In this document: positions 12,401 to 23,633 of the stretch, piece by piece
How positions within the stretch are numbered: the stretch's first letter is position 1
Layout: each line of letters begins with the position of its first letter
From: Eledone cirrhosa
Lineage: Eukaryota
Assembly (NCBI GenBank): GCA_964016885.1
Contig: OZ024765.1
Span: 8,432,001-8,496,000, forward strand
Reading direction: 5' to 3'
DNA length: 64,000 nucleotides
Program-made: the position numbers and the translations under genes
The notes under the pieces: model-generated
The model's input: the letters and a program-made list of their open reading frames with translations, nothing else
Databases searched by the model: none
Told to the model about the DNA's origin: nothing

Positions 12401-13778
12401 GGCCTTAAAATTAACCTGGCTAAGACTAAAGTTCTAGTTTGTAGGAAAGAAAATAAGGCGGCAGTCCCATCTGGGAAATGGCCATGCTCAGTGTGTAGGA
12501 AAGGCGTAGGTAGAAACTCCATTTTATGTCCCAAATGCAAAGTATGGGTGCATAAAAGATGTAGTGGGATCACAGGTAAGCTAACTAAGAACATAGATTT
12601 TACATGTGGCCGGTGCTCTGGTGCAATAAGTAGCAGCAAGTGCCCACAAAATATTAGCTCCTTCAACTGCGCAGAGGGTTCTATAGAAATAGTGGACAGC
12701 TTCCGTTATCTGGGTGACAAAATCAGCAGTGGGGGAGGGTGCTCTGAAAGTACAGTAGCTAGAGTCAGAACTGGATGGAAAAAGTTCAGAGAGCTTATAC
12801 CACTATTAGCCGCTAGAGGGTTCTCCCTAAAAATGAAAGGCAGGTTATACGATGCCTGCATACGAACAGCAATGCTGTATGGCAGTGAGACCTGGGCATT
12901 GTGTGCAGAGGATATACGCAGACTAGAGAGGAACGAAGCTTGCATGCTCCGCTGGATGTGCAATAGTAATATACGGGAACGGCAAAGCATAAACGAACTA
13001 AGGAAAAAATTAGAAATAAGAGGGATCAGATGTTGTTTACTCGAGAGAAGGCTACGTTGGTACGGTCACGTGATGCGCATGAAAGACGACAGCTGTATAA
13101 CAAAGTGCAGGGCAATAAAGATAGACGGTAGCCACGGAGTAGGCAGACCCAGAAAAACATGGGACGAGCTGATAAATTCCGACCTCACACGCTTACACCT
13201 CTCCAAGACAATGTCACTGGACCGAGACCTTTAGCGGTACTCAGTAATAGAGAAGACCCGCCTTACCTAAATACAAAGTAAAAACCTACTACAGTCAGTA
13301 GGCATCTCTATCAAAACACACCTCCGTCCCACCACCTCCACCCCACCCACACCGCCCCTTTCAATGTAAAGTTATGTTGGTCCCACAACATCCAGGCCGA
13401 AACAAATGAGATCGTGTAGGTGTCACGACAAAAAACACACAGTCCACGCTGTAAATGTGGCTGTGTAGGCAACACGGTAAAAACCTCCCAGCCCCACACT
13501 GTAAATGTGGTTGGTGTTAGGAAGGGCATCCAGCTGTAGAAAACCCGCCAGACAGTCCACGCTGTAATGTGGCCATGTAGGCAACACGGTAAAAACCTCC
13601 CAGCCCCACACTGTAAATGTGGTTGGTGTTAGGAAGGGCATCCAACTGTAGAAAACCCGCCAGACAGTCCTATGCGAGCAAGACAACCACTCTTGCCTCA
13701 AGTGGGAAAACCCCCGTCCAAACCCATGCAAGCGTGGAACACGGACGCTAAACCTGATGATGATGATGATGATGATGA
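9441..13778 (+). mobile_element. Near full-length RTE-clade LINE, family A (5' boundary uncertain, 9441-~9950)
   Basis: Single APE-RT ORF, ~490-bp structured 3' UTR, (TGA)n tail at ~13755-13778. Confidence 0.9.
9998..13234 (+). CDS. RTE-A ORF: APE endonuclease + reverse transcriptase with inserted PHD-type finger; premature TAG 12 codons before the family stop (13270)
   Basis: APE motifs GTMNVGTL, CCIQETRW, SAYAPQ, GDLNGHVG, QVDYIL, SQHRLI. RT motifs NYRGIKL, FVDLEKAFDRV, GVHQGSVLSPLLF, LLYADD, FRYLG. Other copies read DLWRYSVIEKTR at the end. True start may be downstream (e.g. ATG ~10142). Confidence 0.9.
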   Translation: MLFDMMDGLRNSGELKREKCGRSATMPKIKPNSPRGRECKHSSLFRPRMANITPPPPPHTHPPTPPAPHRSHPPNAIQNFRVGTMNVGTLKGRSNEVVEMLERKEVDVCCIQETRWRGGSARFIVGKERCYKLFWVGNDNGLGGVGIMVAEKWADKIIDVNRVNDRIIKIRLVLNKTTVTVISAYAPQSGLPGAIKDRFYETLMLATSQITDSDYIVIAGDLNGHVGQHCDGYDGIHGGYGFGTRNEEGSRILEFCDANNLTICNTNFKKRDNHLITYRSGEHTSQVDYILTRRRDRVSVVNTKSHPHEEFTSQHRLIISDLIVRTRRTRQRKRTILRRKIWKLKDPIARNKFQSILLDAFDSKEEQLESYNIEEQWEFLRANLLTAADEVCGWSRPVGRRRVTWWWNSKVEESIKAKKQAWKVWRDGGSREDYQVARREARRQVYFARREAEERKFKHVLQREDQKREVFRIARQCVKENRDIVGEKCVLNDDGILAITDADKKVAWKCHYERLLNEENKWEKDSLPQIDPIEGPAVLVEGSIISKAIKDMKTGKAAGPSEIVAEMLKASGSVGHTMVTRIVNQVVQNGVVPKEWRSSIIVNCYKGKGDALDRSNYRGIKLIDQVMKVTEKVIAQLIRERIDLDEMLFGFVSGKSTTDALFIVRQLQEKYLAKSKPLYLAFVDLEKAFDRVPRSIIWWSLRKLGVDEWLVRAIQAMYKETVSKVRINNEYSEEFSVKVGVHQGSVLSPLLFIIALQAITEEFKTGCPWELLYADDLTLIAESMTELEKKFQTWKHGLESKGLKINLAKTKVLVCRKENKAAVPSGKWPCSVCRKGVGRNSILCPKCKVWVHKRCSGITGKLTKNIDFTCGRCSGAISSSKCPQNISSFNCAEGSIEIVDSFRYLGDKISSGGGCSESTVARVRTGWKKFRELIPLLAARGFSLKMKGRLYDACIRTAMLYGSETWALCAEDIRRLERNEACMLRWMCNSNIRERQSINELRKKLEIRGIRCCLLERRLRWYGHVMRMKDDSCITKCRAIKIDGSHGVGRPRKTWDELINSDLTRLHLSKTMSLDRDL

Positions 13779-14870
13779 TATATACATATATGCTCTTTTA
13801 TCTGTTGCAGCCATATCCAGCTCAGGCCATACTTGGGCACCACTCTTGAACAATAAACTGAATAATAAGAATGTATAATGTGTTTTGACATAAGTTTTTG
13901 AGGAAATGTTCTATAAAATTAAAAAATCTTTTGTATATATATATATGTGTATATATATATATGTATGTATGTGAAAAAGTAGGTCCTTCATCAGTGAACC
14001 TCCAACCGTCCCAGGCATTTCATCGCTTTAAGGGCCATATGCCTCAGGTTGGTGCGAACAACGGCTAAAAAAAGTCGTTGGGACACGTAAACAAAGGGGA
14101 CGCCAGGGTAACAAACAAAAAAGTTTAAGCAACGGAAAGTGAGAAGAAATACACAAGTCCCAGATCTCTATGAATATAAACTCGGTGAAATCGTGAACAA
14201 GAGACAAAAGACCTTCAAACCTGGTTGAAATGTGAGCAAGGAAAGAATTTCGCCCAAGTTTGACGGGGGGGGGGGGGGAAGAGAGAGAGAAAAGAGAGAA
14301 GAGGAAGAAGAAGAAGAAGAAGAAGAAGAAGAAGAAGAAGAAGAAGAAGAAGAAGAAGAAGAAGATAAAGGGGTCTGGTCTACGAATTCGGTAAACGTAA
14401 GTTTTGTGAAGTCGCAGACGAAAGAGAGAGAGAAAAAAATTTCCATACCAGCTTGGTCAAGACCGCGCGAGAAAAGAATTACACACAGGTCAAACTTGAA
14501 GGAGGAGGAGGAAAGAGGAGGAGGAGAGGTAGTCACAGAGAATGAGTGAGTGAAAGTTGAGGAGGAGGCTAACAAAGAAAGGGACTGCTAGAAAGGGTAA
14601 AAACGAACAGACGAGTGGCAGCAGAATAAAAATTATGTGTAAATATGAAAATAATAGGCTGCCCGTTGCAAATGTTGGGGCATATATACACACATATATA
14701 TATATATATATACATATATGCTCTTTTATCTGTTGCAGCCATATCCAGCTGAGGCCATACCGGGGCACCACTCTTGAACAATAAACTGAATAATAAGAAT
14801 GTATAATGTGTTTTGACATAAGTTTTTGAGGAAATGTTCTATAAAATTAAAAAATCTTTTGTATATATAT
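13779..14870 (+). repeat. ~1.1-kb direct repeat, right copy
   Basis: Matches 8293-9385 with scattered SNPs. Confidence 0.9.
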
Positions 14871-14876
14871 ATATGC

Positions 14877-14930
<54 letters not shown>

Positions 14931-15223
14931 CACCGAAAGTGATTTTTGAATGCATCTCTTCTTTTCATGATATCCGGATTACATTGAGATCTTCATACGG
15001 ATTGGACACTACCGTAAACTTTTGGTAGATTTATCTATATATGTATGTATATATATATGCATATATGTATACGTATATACATATACTTTATATCCTTGTT
15101 CAACTATGTATATATACATATATACATATATTTGGGTTTTATTCTTCGGACTAATCTCATGGTTCGCCAACTTCCAAGTCATTGACCATCATACTATTTG
15201 TAATGAATTATATATACACATAT

Positions 15224-16499
15224 AAGGTGTAGGTAGAAACTCCATTTTATGTCCCAAATGCAAAGTATGGGTGCATAAAAGATGTAGTGGGATCACAGGT
15301 AAGCTAACTAAGAACATAGATTTTACATGTGGCCGGTGCTCTGGTGCAATAAGTAGCAGCAAGTGCACACAAAATACTAGCTCCTTCAACTGCGCAGAGG
15401 GTTCTATAGAAATAGTGGACAGCTTCCGTTACCTGGGTGACAAAATCAGCAGTGGGGGAGGGTGCTCTGAAAGTACAGTAGCTAGAGTCAGAACTGGATG
15501 GAAAAAGTTCAGAGAGCTTATACCACCATTGGCCGCTAAAGGGTTCTCCCTAAAAATGAAAGGCAGGTTATACGATGCCTGCATACGAACAGCAATGCTG
15601 CATGGCAGTGAGACCTGCGCATTGTGTGCAGAGGATATACGCAGACTAGAGAGGAACGAAGCTTGCATGCTCCACTGGATGTGCAATAGTAATGTACGTG
15701 AACGGCAAAGCATAAACGAACTAAGGAAAAAATTAGAAATAAGAGGGATCAGATGTTGTTTACTCGAGAGAAGGCTACGTTGGTACGGTCACGTGATGCG
15801 CATGAAAGATGACAGCTGTATAACAAAGTGCAGGGCAATAAAGATAGACGGTAGCCACGGAGTAGGCAGACCCACAAAAACATGGGACGAGCTGATAAAT
15901 TCCGACCTCACACGCTTACACCTCTCCAAGACAATGTCGCTGGACCGAGACCTTTGGCGGTACTCAGTAATAGAGAAGACCCGCCTTACCTAAATACAAA
16001 GTAAAAACCTACTTCAGTAGGCATCTCTATCAAAACATCCCCCCGTCCCACCACCTCCACCCCATCCACACCGCCCCTTTCAATGTACAGTTATGTTGGT
16101 CCCACAACATCCAGGCCGAAACAAATGAGATCGTGTAGGTGTCACGACAAAAAAACACACAGTCCACGCTGTAAATGTGGCCGTGTAGGCAACACGGTAA
16201 AAACCTCCCAGCCCCACACTGTAAATGTGGTTGGTGTTAGGAAGGGCATCCAGCTGTAGAAAACCCGCCAAACAGTCCACACTGTAATGTGGCCGTGTAG
16301 GCAACACGGTAAAAACCTCCCAGCCCCACACTGTAAATGTGGTTGGTGTTAGGAAGGGCATCCAACTGTAGAAAACCCGCCAGACAGTCCTATGCGAGCA
16401 AGACAACCACTCTTGCCTCAAGTGGGAAAACCCCTGTCCAAACGCATGCAAGCGTGGAACACGGACGCTAAACCTGATGATGATGATGATGATGATGAT
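15224..16499 (+). mobile_element. 5'-truncated RTE-A copy with 3' UTR and (TGA)n tail
   Basis: ORF 15271-15993 nearly identical to the RTE-A C-terminus; carries the ~118-bp UTR duplication. Confidence 0.95.
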
Positions 16500-16727
16500 A
16501 TATATACATACATACATTGAACAATAAGAATACATAATGGGTTTTTACATAAGTTTATGAAAAGATTTTCTATAAAAATGTTTCAATAATGGGGAAGAAG
16601 TTAATTTGTGTTAATTTTCCCATGACTCCACTCCATATAATATCGACAAAACTCTTCTCTCAAAGACGGAATATTATAATAAAACCTTGAAGTGTCTATA
16701 CATACACAAATATATAAATATTTATAT

Positions 16728-17572
16728 ATCATCATCATCATCATCATCAACGTTTAACGTCCGTGTCCCACGCTTGCATGGGTTTGGACGGCGGTAGTCC
16801 CACTTGAGGCAAGAGTGATTGTCTTGCTCGCATAGGACTGTCTGGCAGGTTTTCTACAGTTGGATGCCCTTCCTAACACCAACCACATTTACAGTGTGGG
16901 TCTGGGAGGTTTTTACCGTGTTGCCTACACGGCCACATTACAGCGTGGACTGTGTGTTTTTTTGTCGTGACACCTACACGATCTCATTTGTTTCGACCTG
17001 GATGGCGCGGCACCAACATAACTTTACATAGAACGGGGTGGTATGGATGGGGTGTGGGTGGTGGCGGGACGGGGTGTATTTTGTTAGAGATGCCTACTGG
17101 CAAGGCGGGTCTTCTCTGTTACTGAGTACCGCCAAAGGTCTCGGTCCAGTGACATTGTCTTGGAGAGGTGTAAGTGTGTGAGGTCGGAGTTTATCAGCTC
17201 ATCCCATGTTTTTCTAGGTCTGCCTATTCCGTGGCTACCGTCTATCTTTATTGCCCTGCACTTTGTTATACAGCTATCGACTTTCATGCGCATCACGTGT
17301 CCATACCAACGTAGCCTTCTCTCGAGTAAACAACATCTGATCCCTCTTATCTCTAATTTTTTCCTTAGTTCGTTTATGCTTTGCCGTTCACGTATATTAC
17401 TGTTACACATCCAGCGGAGCATGCAAGCTTCGTTCCTCTCTAGTCTGCGTATATCCTCTGCACACAATGCCCAGGTCTCACTGCCATGCAACATTGCTGT
17501 TCGTATGCAGGCATCGTACAACCTGCCTTTCATTTTTAGGGAGAACCCTTTAGCAGCTAATAGTGGTATAAG
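16728..17572 (-). mobile_element. 5'-truncated RTE-A copy
   Basis: ORF 17084-17533; (ATC)n tail at 16728-16748; single copy of the UTR module. Confidence 0.95.
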
Positions 17573-17573
17573 T

Positions 17574-17664
<91 letters not shown>

Positions 17665-17668
<4 letters not shown>

Positions 17669-20634
17669 GTGCCTCTGCGAGACTAGTCGTAGGCAAGCGT
17701 CTTAGCTATAAGCTATTCTGGGTAGGTAAGGATGATGGGTTAGGGGGAGTAGGCATTTTCCTGGCTGAGAAATGGATCAATAAGACAATAGAGGTAGTTC
17801 GAGTTAGTAATCGAATAATTAAGCTTAGATTAGTTGTAGGTAGGAGACTACTGACAATCATCTCGGTCTATGCTCCCCAAGCAGGCCTAGGCAAAGATGA
17901 GAAAGACTGCTTTTATGAGCAACTTTTGCAAACAACCACAATGACAGAGGACGGAGACATCGTTATGCTAGCAGGAGACTTCAATGGTCATGTTGGACAG
18001 CTCCAGGATGGTTACACTGGGGTACATGGTGGGCACGGTTACAGTTCAAGAAATGAAGAAGGAGTGAGACTTCTTGAATTTTGTGATGCAAGTACATTGA
18101 CTATTTGCAACACAAACTTCCAGAAACCTGCCAATCACCTAATAACCTACAAATCTGGTGAGCACATAAGCCAGATTGACTTCCTGCTAGTTAGGCAGCG
18201 GGACAGGCAGATAGTGTCTAATACCAAGGCATACCCTGGGGAAGAATGTACCCCACAGCATAGGTTAGTTGTTAGTGATATCTCAGTAAGCAAGAGATGG
18301 AATGAGACATATAGGAAGGTGTGGAGAAGAAAGGTCTGGAAGCTAAAAGACCTTTCACTAAAATTCAAATTTAGGAAAGCCCTTCAAGATGTATATGACG
18401 AAAAAGAAGACGATTTAGAGACGTATGACATAGATAATAACTGGAAGTTCTTACGTGACAACTTGCTGAAGGCTACTGATGAAACCTGTGGCTGGAGCAG
18501 AGCTCCAACCAGACAGAGAGTGACCTGGTGGTGGAACAGCAGTGTAGATAAGGCTATTAGAGACAAAAGACTAGCATGGAAGGCTTGGAATAAGGGTGGG
18601 AGTAGGGAAGAATATACAGCCACTAAGAGAGAAGCTAGACGTCAGGTGTACTTAGCACGCAGGGAGGCAGAGAGTAGGAGGTTTGCCAATGTTCTGCGAC
18701 GGGAAGATCAGAGGCGTGCGGTGTTCCACATTGCAAGGCAGTGTGTCAATGCAAATCAGGATGTTGTTGGTGATAAATGTGTCCGGGATGATGCCGGTGT
18801 ACTTAGTGTCACGAATGACCAGAAAAAGGAGGCCTGGAAATGTCATTATGAGAGACTGATGAATGTGGAGAACGAATGGGAGAGAGAGAAATTACCCTTG
18901 GTAGATCCGACAGAGGGACCAGCTATTGAGATTGACGAATATAGGGTCCAAGAGGCGATTAGGGAAATGAAAAATGGTAAGGCGGCCGGACCATCGGGAA
19001 TAGTTGCTGAGATGCTGAAGGCATCAGGGGACGTAGGCACTAAACTGGTTGCACGCATAATCAATCAGGCTATATATGGTGGTGTCATACCCAAAGACTG
19101 GTGCAGCAGTATTCTCATAAATTGCTACAAAGGTAAAGGGGATGCTTTGGAGAGGAGCAATTATAGGGGTATAAAACTGATAGATCAGGTTATGAAAGTG
19201 GCAGAAAGGATTCTAGCACAACTAATTAGAGAAAGGGTCAAACTAGATGAGATGCAGTTTGGTTTTGTGCCTGGGAAGAGTACAACAGATTCCCTCTTCT
19301 TGGTGAGACAAATGCAAGAGAGGTTCTTAGAGAAGAATAAGCCACTATACTTAGCCTTTGTTGACCTAGAGAAGGCCTTTGATAGGGTACCCCGATCTGT
19401 CATCTGGTGGTCCCTAAGGAAGCTGGGTGTTGAGGAATGGCTTGTAAGGACAGTGCAAACTTTGTACAGAGGTACTCTCAGTAAAGTCAGGGTAGGAATG
19501 GAGTTTAGTGAGGAATTCCAGATACAAGTAGGAGTACATCAGGGTTCGGTCCTCAGCCCGCTCTTGTTCATTATAGTCCTCCAAGCCATAACAGAGGAGT
19601 TTAAGACTGGCTGTCCATGGGAACTTCTCTATGCTGACGATCTGGCTCTTATGGCAGAATCAGTAGAGGAGCTAGAGAATAAATTCCGGCTATGGAAACA
19701 GCAGTTGGAAGCAAGAGGACTGAGAGTAAATCTAGCTAAGACAAAAGTGTTGATGAGTAGAAAAGAGGACAAAACCCTGATTCCGTCAGGGAAATGGCCA
19801 TGTTCGATATGCAGAAAAGGAACTGGCATAAATTCTATAAAATGCACACAATGTAGGTCCTGGGTACACAAGAGATGTAGCGGGATAGCAGGCAAACTAA
19901 CAGGTAGGGAGAAATATGTATGCAGTAGATGTACAGGGAAATTAGACAGTAGAAGTCGCACTGATAGACACATTTTTCAAATGCGAGAGGGCGCTATAGA
20001 AGTGGTGGATAGCTTCCGGTACCTAGGAGATCAGATTAGCATGGGAGGAGGGTGTTCCGAGGCCATAGTATCTAGAATAAGGACGGGTTGGAAGAAGTTT
20101 AGGGAGCTGCTTCCTCTGTTGACGAAGAAGGGTTTCTCCCTGCGTACGAAAGGCCGGTTGTATGATGCCTGTGTGAGGAGCGCGATGCTGCATGGTAGTG
20201 AGACATGGGCAGCTACCGCAGAAGATATGCGACGGCTGGAGAGAAATGAGGCAAGCATGCTCCGTTGGATGTGCAGTGTAAATGTGCGTGAACGACCCAG
20301 CATAAATGTGTTGAGAGAGAAACTGTGTCTGAGAGGGATAGAATGTAGTGTACGGGAGAGGAGACTGAGGTGGTATGGACATGTGATGCGCATGGAGGAT
20401 GACCGATGGGTGAAGAAGTGCCAGGAAATGCCAGTTGAAGGAAGACGTGGTAGAGGTAGACCACGAAAAACATGGGCGGAGGTGGTGAGAACAGACCTCA
20501 GATCATTGAAGCTCACGGTGGAGATGACGAGGGACCGTGACGAGTGGAGAGATGCTGTGCTGAATAAGACCCGTCCCACCCTTGCAAGCAGGGAAAAGCG
20601 GACGTAAAATGATGATGATGATGATGATGATGAT
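17665..20634 (+). mobile_element. RTE-clade LINE family B, slightly 5'-truncated within APE; frame uninterrupted to stop at 20607; (TGA)n tail
   Basis: Frame from RGASARLV to ASREKRT has all APE/RT motifs and the same C4HC3 insert. Clearly diverged from family A and has almost no 3' UTR. The ORF-track N-terminus (YIYI...) is TA microsatellite. Confidence 0.92.
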
Positions 20635-20652
20635 ATATATATATATATATAA

Positions 20653-20717
<65 letters not shown>

Positions 20718-20727
20718 TAAATTTATA

Positions 20728-20763
<36 letters not shown>

Positions 20764-20914
20764 TATAAATTTATGTTATGTATTTCTGTAGAAAAGTGAA
20801 GTTAAAGAAGAGTGTTATATGTATAATACAGAGCTATTATACAATAAACAATATAATATAATATAATATATATATATGTGTGTGTGTGGGTGTGTATATA
20901 TATATATATATATA

Positions 20915-21967
20915 CTAGCCGAATTACCCGTGCCCTGCTGTGTTTCACACATTTTTTTTGTAAGAAAATGATGATTGATTTTAAATCAGTGATATAATTT
21001 ATGGAGAAAAACTCTACATTTCAATATTACTCAATGTAAAATGTAATGCATGAAAAATTGGAAAACGTTATTTTTTGTAATATATCAAATCAAAATGTCA
21101 TTATTAAATCTTATTCATATTTTGTCTCTTGTAAATAATTTTTTTTCAAAATATCAATTCAAAACTTGATCATTTCATTTTTGTGTAAAGCATTATTTTC
21201 AAATTAGAAATTCAAGGTTTAATCATTTATTTTTTAACATAATAAATACATGAAAATATATTTCATACTTTGTCCTAATGAAGAAATTCAGGGTAAACAA
21301 CATTTCTTGTCTTTGTTTGATTGGCTAAAATGTAAAGATATTTTGAAGTTCCAGTCCTTGAAACAGCCACATAAAACATGCCATGACTGAAACATGAGTT
21401 TGTCAGATCTATACCAATAGTTTTGAAAGTTTGACCTTGACTCTTATTGATGCTCATGGCAAAGCATGGCCTCATTGGCAACTGCAGCCTCTTAAATGTA
21501 AAAGGCAACTCGCTATCACTTGGTATATGTGGAATCCTCGGGATGAGAAGAGCTTGATCTTTGTAAGCCCCGAATATAATGGTTGCTTCAATCAAATTCT
21601 CATGCAATCTTGTTACAACACATCTTGTTCCATTTATTGGCCAACATTTTCACTATAGGGGGTTTAACCCCCATTAATGTGTCTTAATATTATTGAAATA
21701 TGCTGAAAGTTTGTGAATAGGCATCGTATATCTTGTCATTTACCTATGGTTTAAATTTCATATAAATCGAAGGGAAAACATTTCAGTGTGGGTTTGTACC
21801 TCAGGGGAACCCTTTGATTAAAATGATATATACTTATCCAAGTACCCTGGGCAATGTAGTTTCAGAATATATATGGTTATGAGGGTCCATCTCCAAAATG
21901 ATAGGAGGAGTTTGTGAACAAACAAACAAACGAACGGACAGGAACTACAACTTTATATATATATAGA
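20915..21967 (-). mobile_element. Non-autonomous Helitron (1053 bp) retaining a PIF1-helicase C-terminal fragment (21275-21607)
   Basis: Minus-strand 5' TC(TATATATATATAAAG) and 3' CTAG, inserted between A and T. Peptide LIPRIP...FKRLQLPMRPCFAMSINKSQGQTF...FSHGMFYVAVSR...TRNVVYPE. Confidence 0.88.
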
Positions 21968-22102
21968 TATACAAATATATACACACACATGCATATATAT
22001 TATATATATATATATGTGTGTGCGTGTGTATGTATATGTGTATATATATATATAGATAGATATATGTATATATATATACATATATGTATATCTATATATA
22101 TA

Positions 22103-22236
22103 CATTCCTTCTCCTCCTTCTTAATGTCTGTGTTCCACGCTTGCATGGGTTTGGACGGGGGTTTTCCCACTTGAGGCAAGAGTGGTTGTCTTGCTCGCAT
22201 AGGACTGTCTGGCGGGTTTTCTACAGCTGGATGCCC
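22103..22236 (-). mobile_element. Very short RTE-A 3'-end fragment
   Basis: Matches the terminal ~115 bp of the RTE-A UTR; tail is GAA/GGA-like rather than TGA. Confidence 0.85.
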
Positions 22237-22992
22237 TATATATATATATATATATATATACATATATGTATATGTATATATATATGTATATGTATACAGT
22301 ATTTTCCGTTGTGTTGTAATATAAATATTACACACAGTAGATTATCAGCTCACGTAGAGTTTGCTCGACGGTTCCAGTTGTAGTTCCAAAAGTAATCCGG
22401 ATATGTATATGTATATATATATATACATATATGTATATGTATATATATATGTATATATATATATACATATATCACCGGGGAAACATTTGTAAGCACACAC
22501 AATAAATTACCTTTTTAAGATGTCTACCTGTTATTATTCATTCTAAGTGTATATATATATATATGTATATGTATATATATATATACATATATGTATATAT
22601 ATATGTATATGTATATGTATATATATATACATATACATATATATATATACATATATCAAAGGGGAAACATTTGTAAGCAAACACAATAAATTACCTTTTT
22701 ATGATGTCTAGCTGTTATTATTCATTCTAAGTGTATATATATACATATGTATATGTGTATATATGTATATATATATATATATGTATGTGTGTATATACGT
22801 AGTTGAACAAGGATATAAAGAAATGTATATCCTTGTGCAACTAAAAGGAAAAGACATTCAGCCATAGAAAACTAGCGAGAAAGACTCCTATATGAGTCAC
22901 AATCATCCGACACACTTTGCCTCAGAATGGGACCTGTCTAACCCATGCTAGCAAGGAGGATGGGCATTAATCGATAATGATGATGATGATGA

Positions 22993-23633
22993 GGAAAGAC
23001 ACTGTCTATGTCTTTAACCCATCCATTTACCATATTTCTAATGAAAGACACTACCTATGTCTTTAACCCATCCATTTACCATATTTCTAATGAAAGACAC
23101 TGTCTATGTCATTAACCCTTTCATTACCATAATTCTAATGAAAGACACTGTCTATGTCTTTAACCCTTTCATTACCATATTTCTAATGAAAGACACTGTC
23201 TATGTCATTAACCCTTTCATTACCATATTTCTAATGAAAGACACTGTCTATGTCTTTAACCCATCCATTTACCATATTTCTAATGAAAGACACTGTCTAT
23301 GTCATTAACCCTTTCATTACCATATTTCTAATGAAAGACACTGTCTATGTCTTTAACCCATCCATTTACCATATTTCTAATGAAAGACACTACCTATGTC
23401 TTTAACCCTTTCATTACCATATTTCTAATGAAAGACACTGTCTATGTCTTTAACCCTTTCATTACCATATTTCTAATGAAAGACACTGTCTATGTCTTTA
23501 ACACTTTCATTAGCAGATTTCTAATGAAAGACACTGTCTATGTCTTTAACACTTTCATTAGCATATTTCTAATGAAAGACACTGTCTTTGTCTTTAACCC
23601 TTTCATTACCATATTTCACCCTTTCATTACCAT
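22993..23633. repeat. 48/49-bp minisatellite, block 1
   Basis: Unit TTAACCCTTTCATTACCATATTTCTAATGAAAGACACTGTCTATGTCT; begins directly after a degenerate RTE tail (22930-22992). Confidence 0.95.

Noticed and set aside
13480-13545. Twister ribozyme upstream of GGAAGGGCATCC
   Set aside because: Only faint resemblance (CCCAGCCC...TAAA...GGTTGG); the conserved UAA, GUCCNAAGC and GAGGG core elements are absent.
14232-14549. Poly-Glu protein
   Set aside because: Derived from a (GAA)n tract; the frame is not preserved in the 8.7-kb copy.
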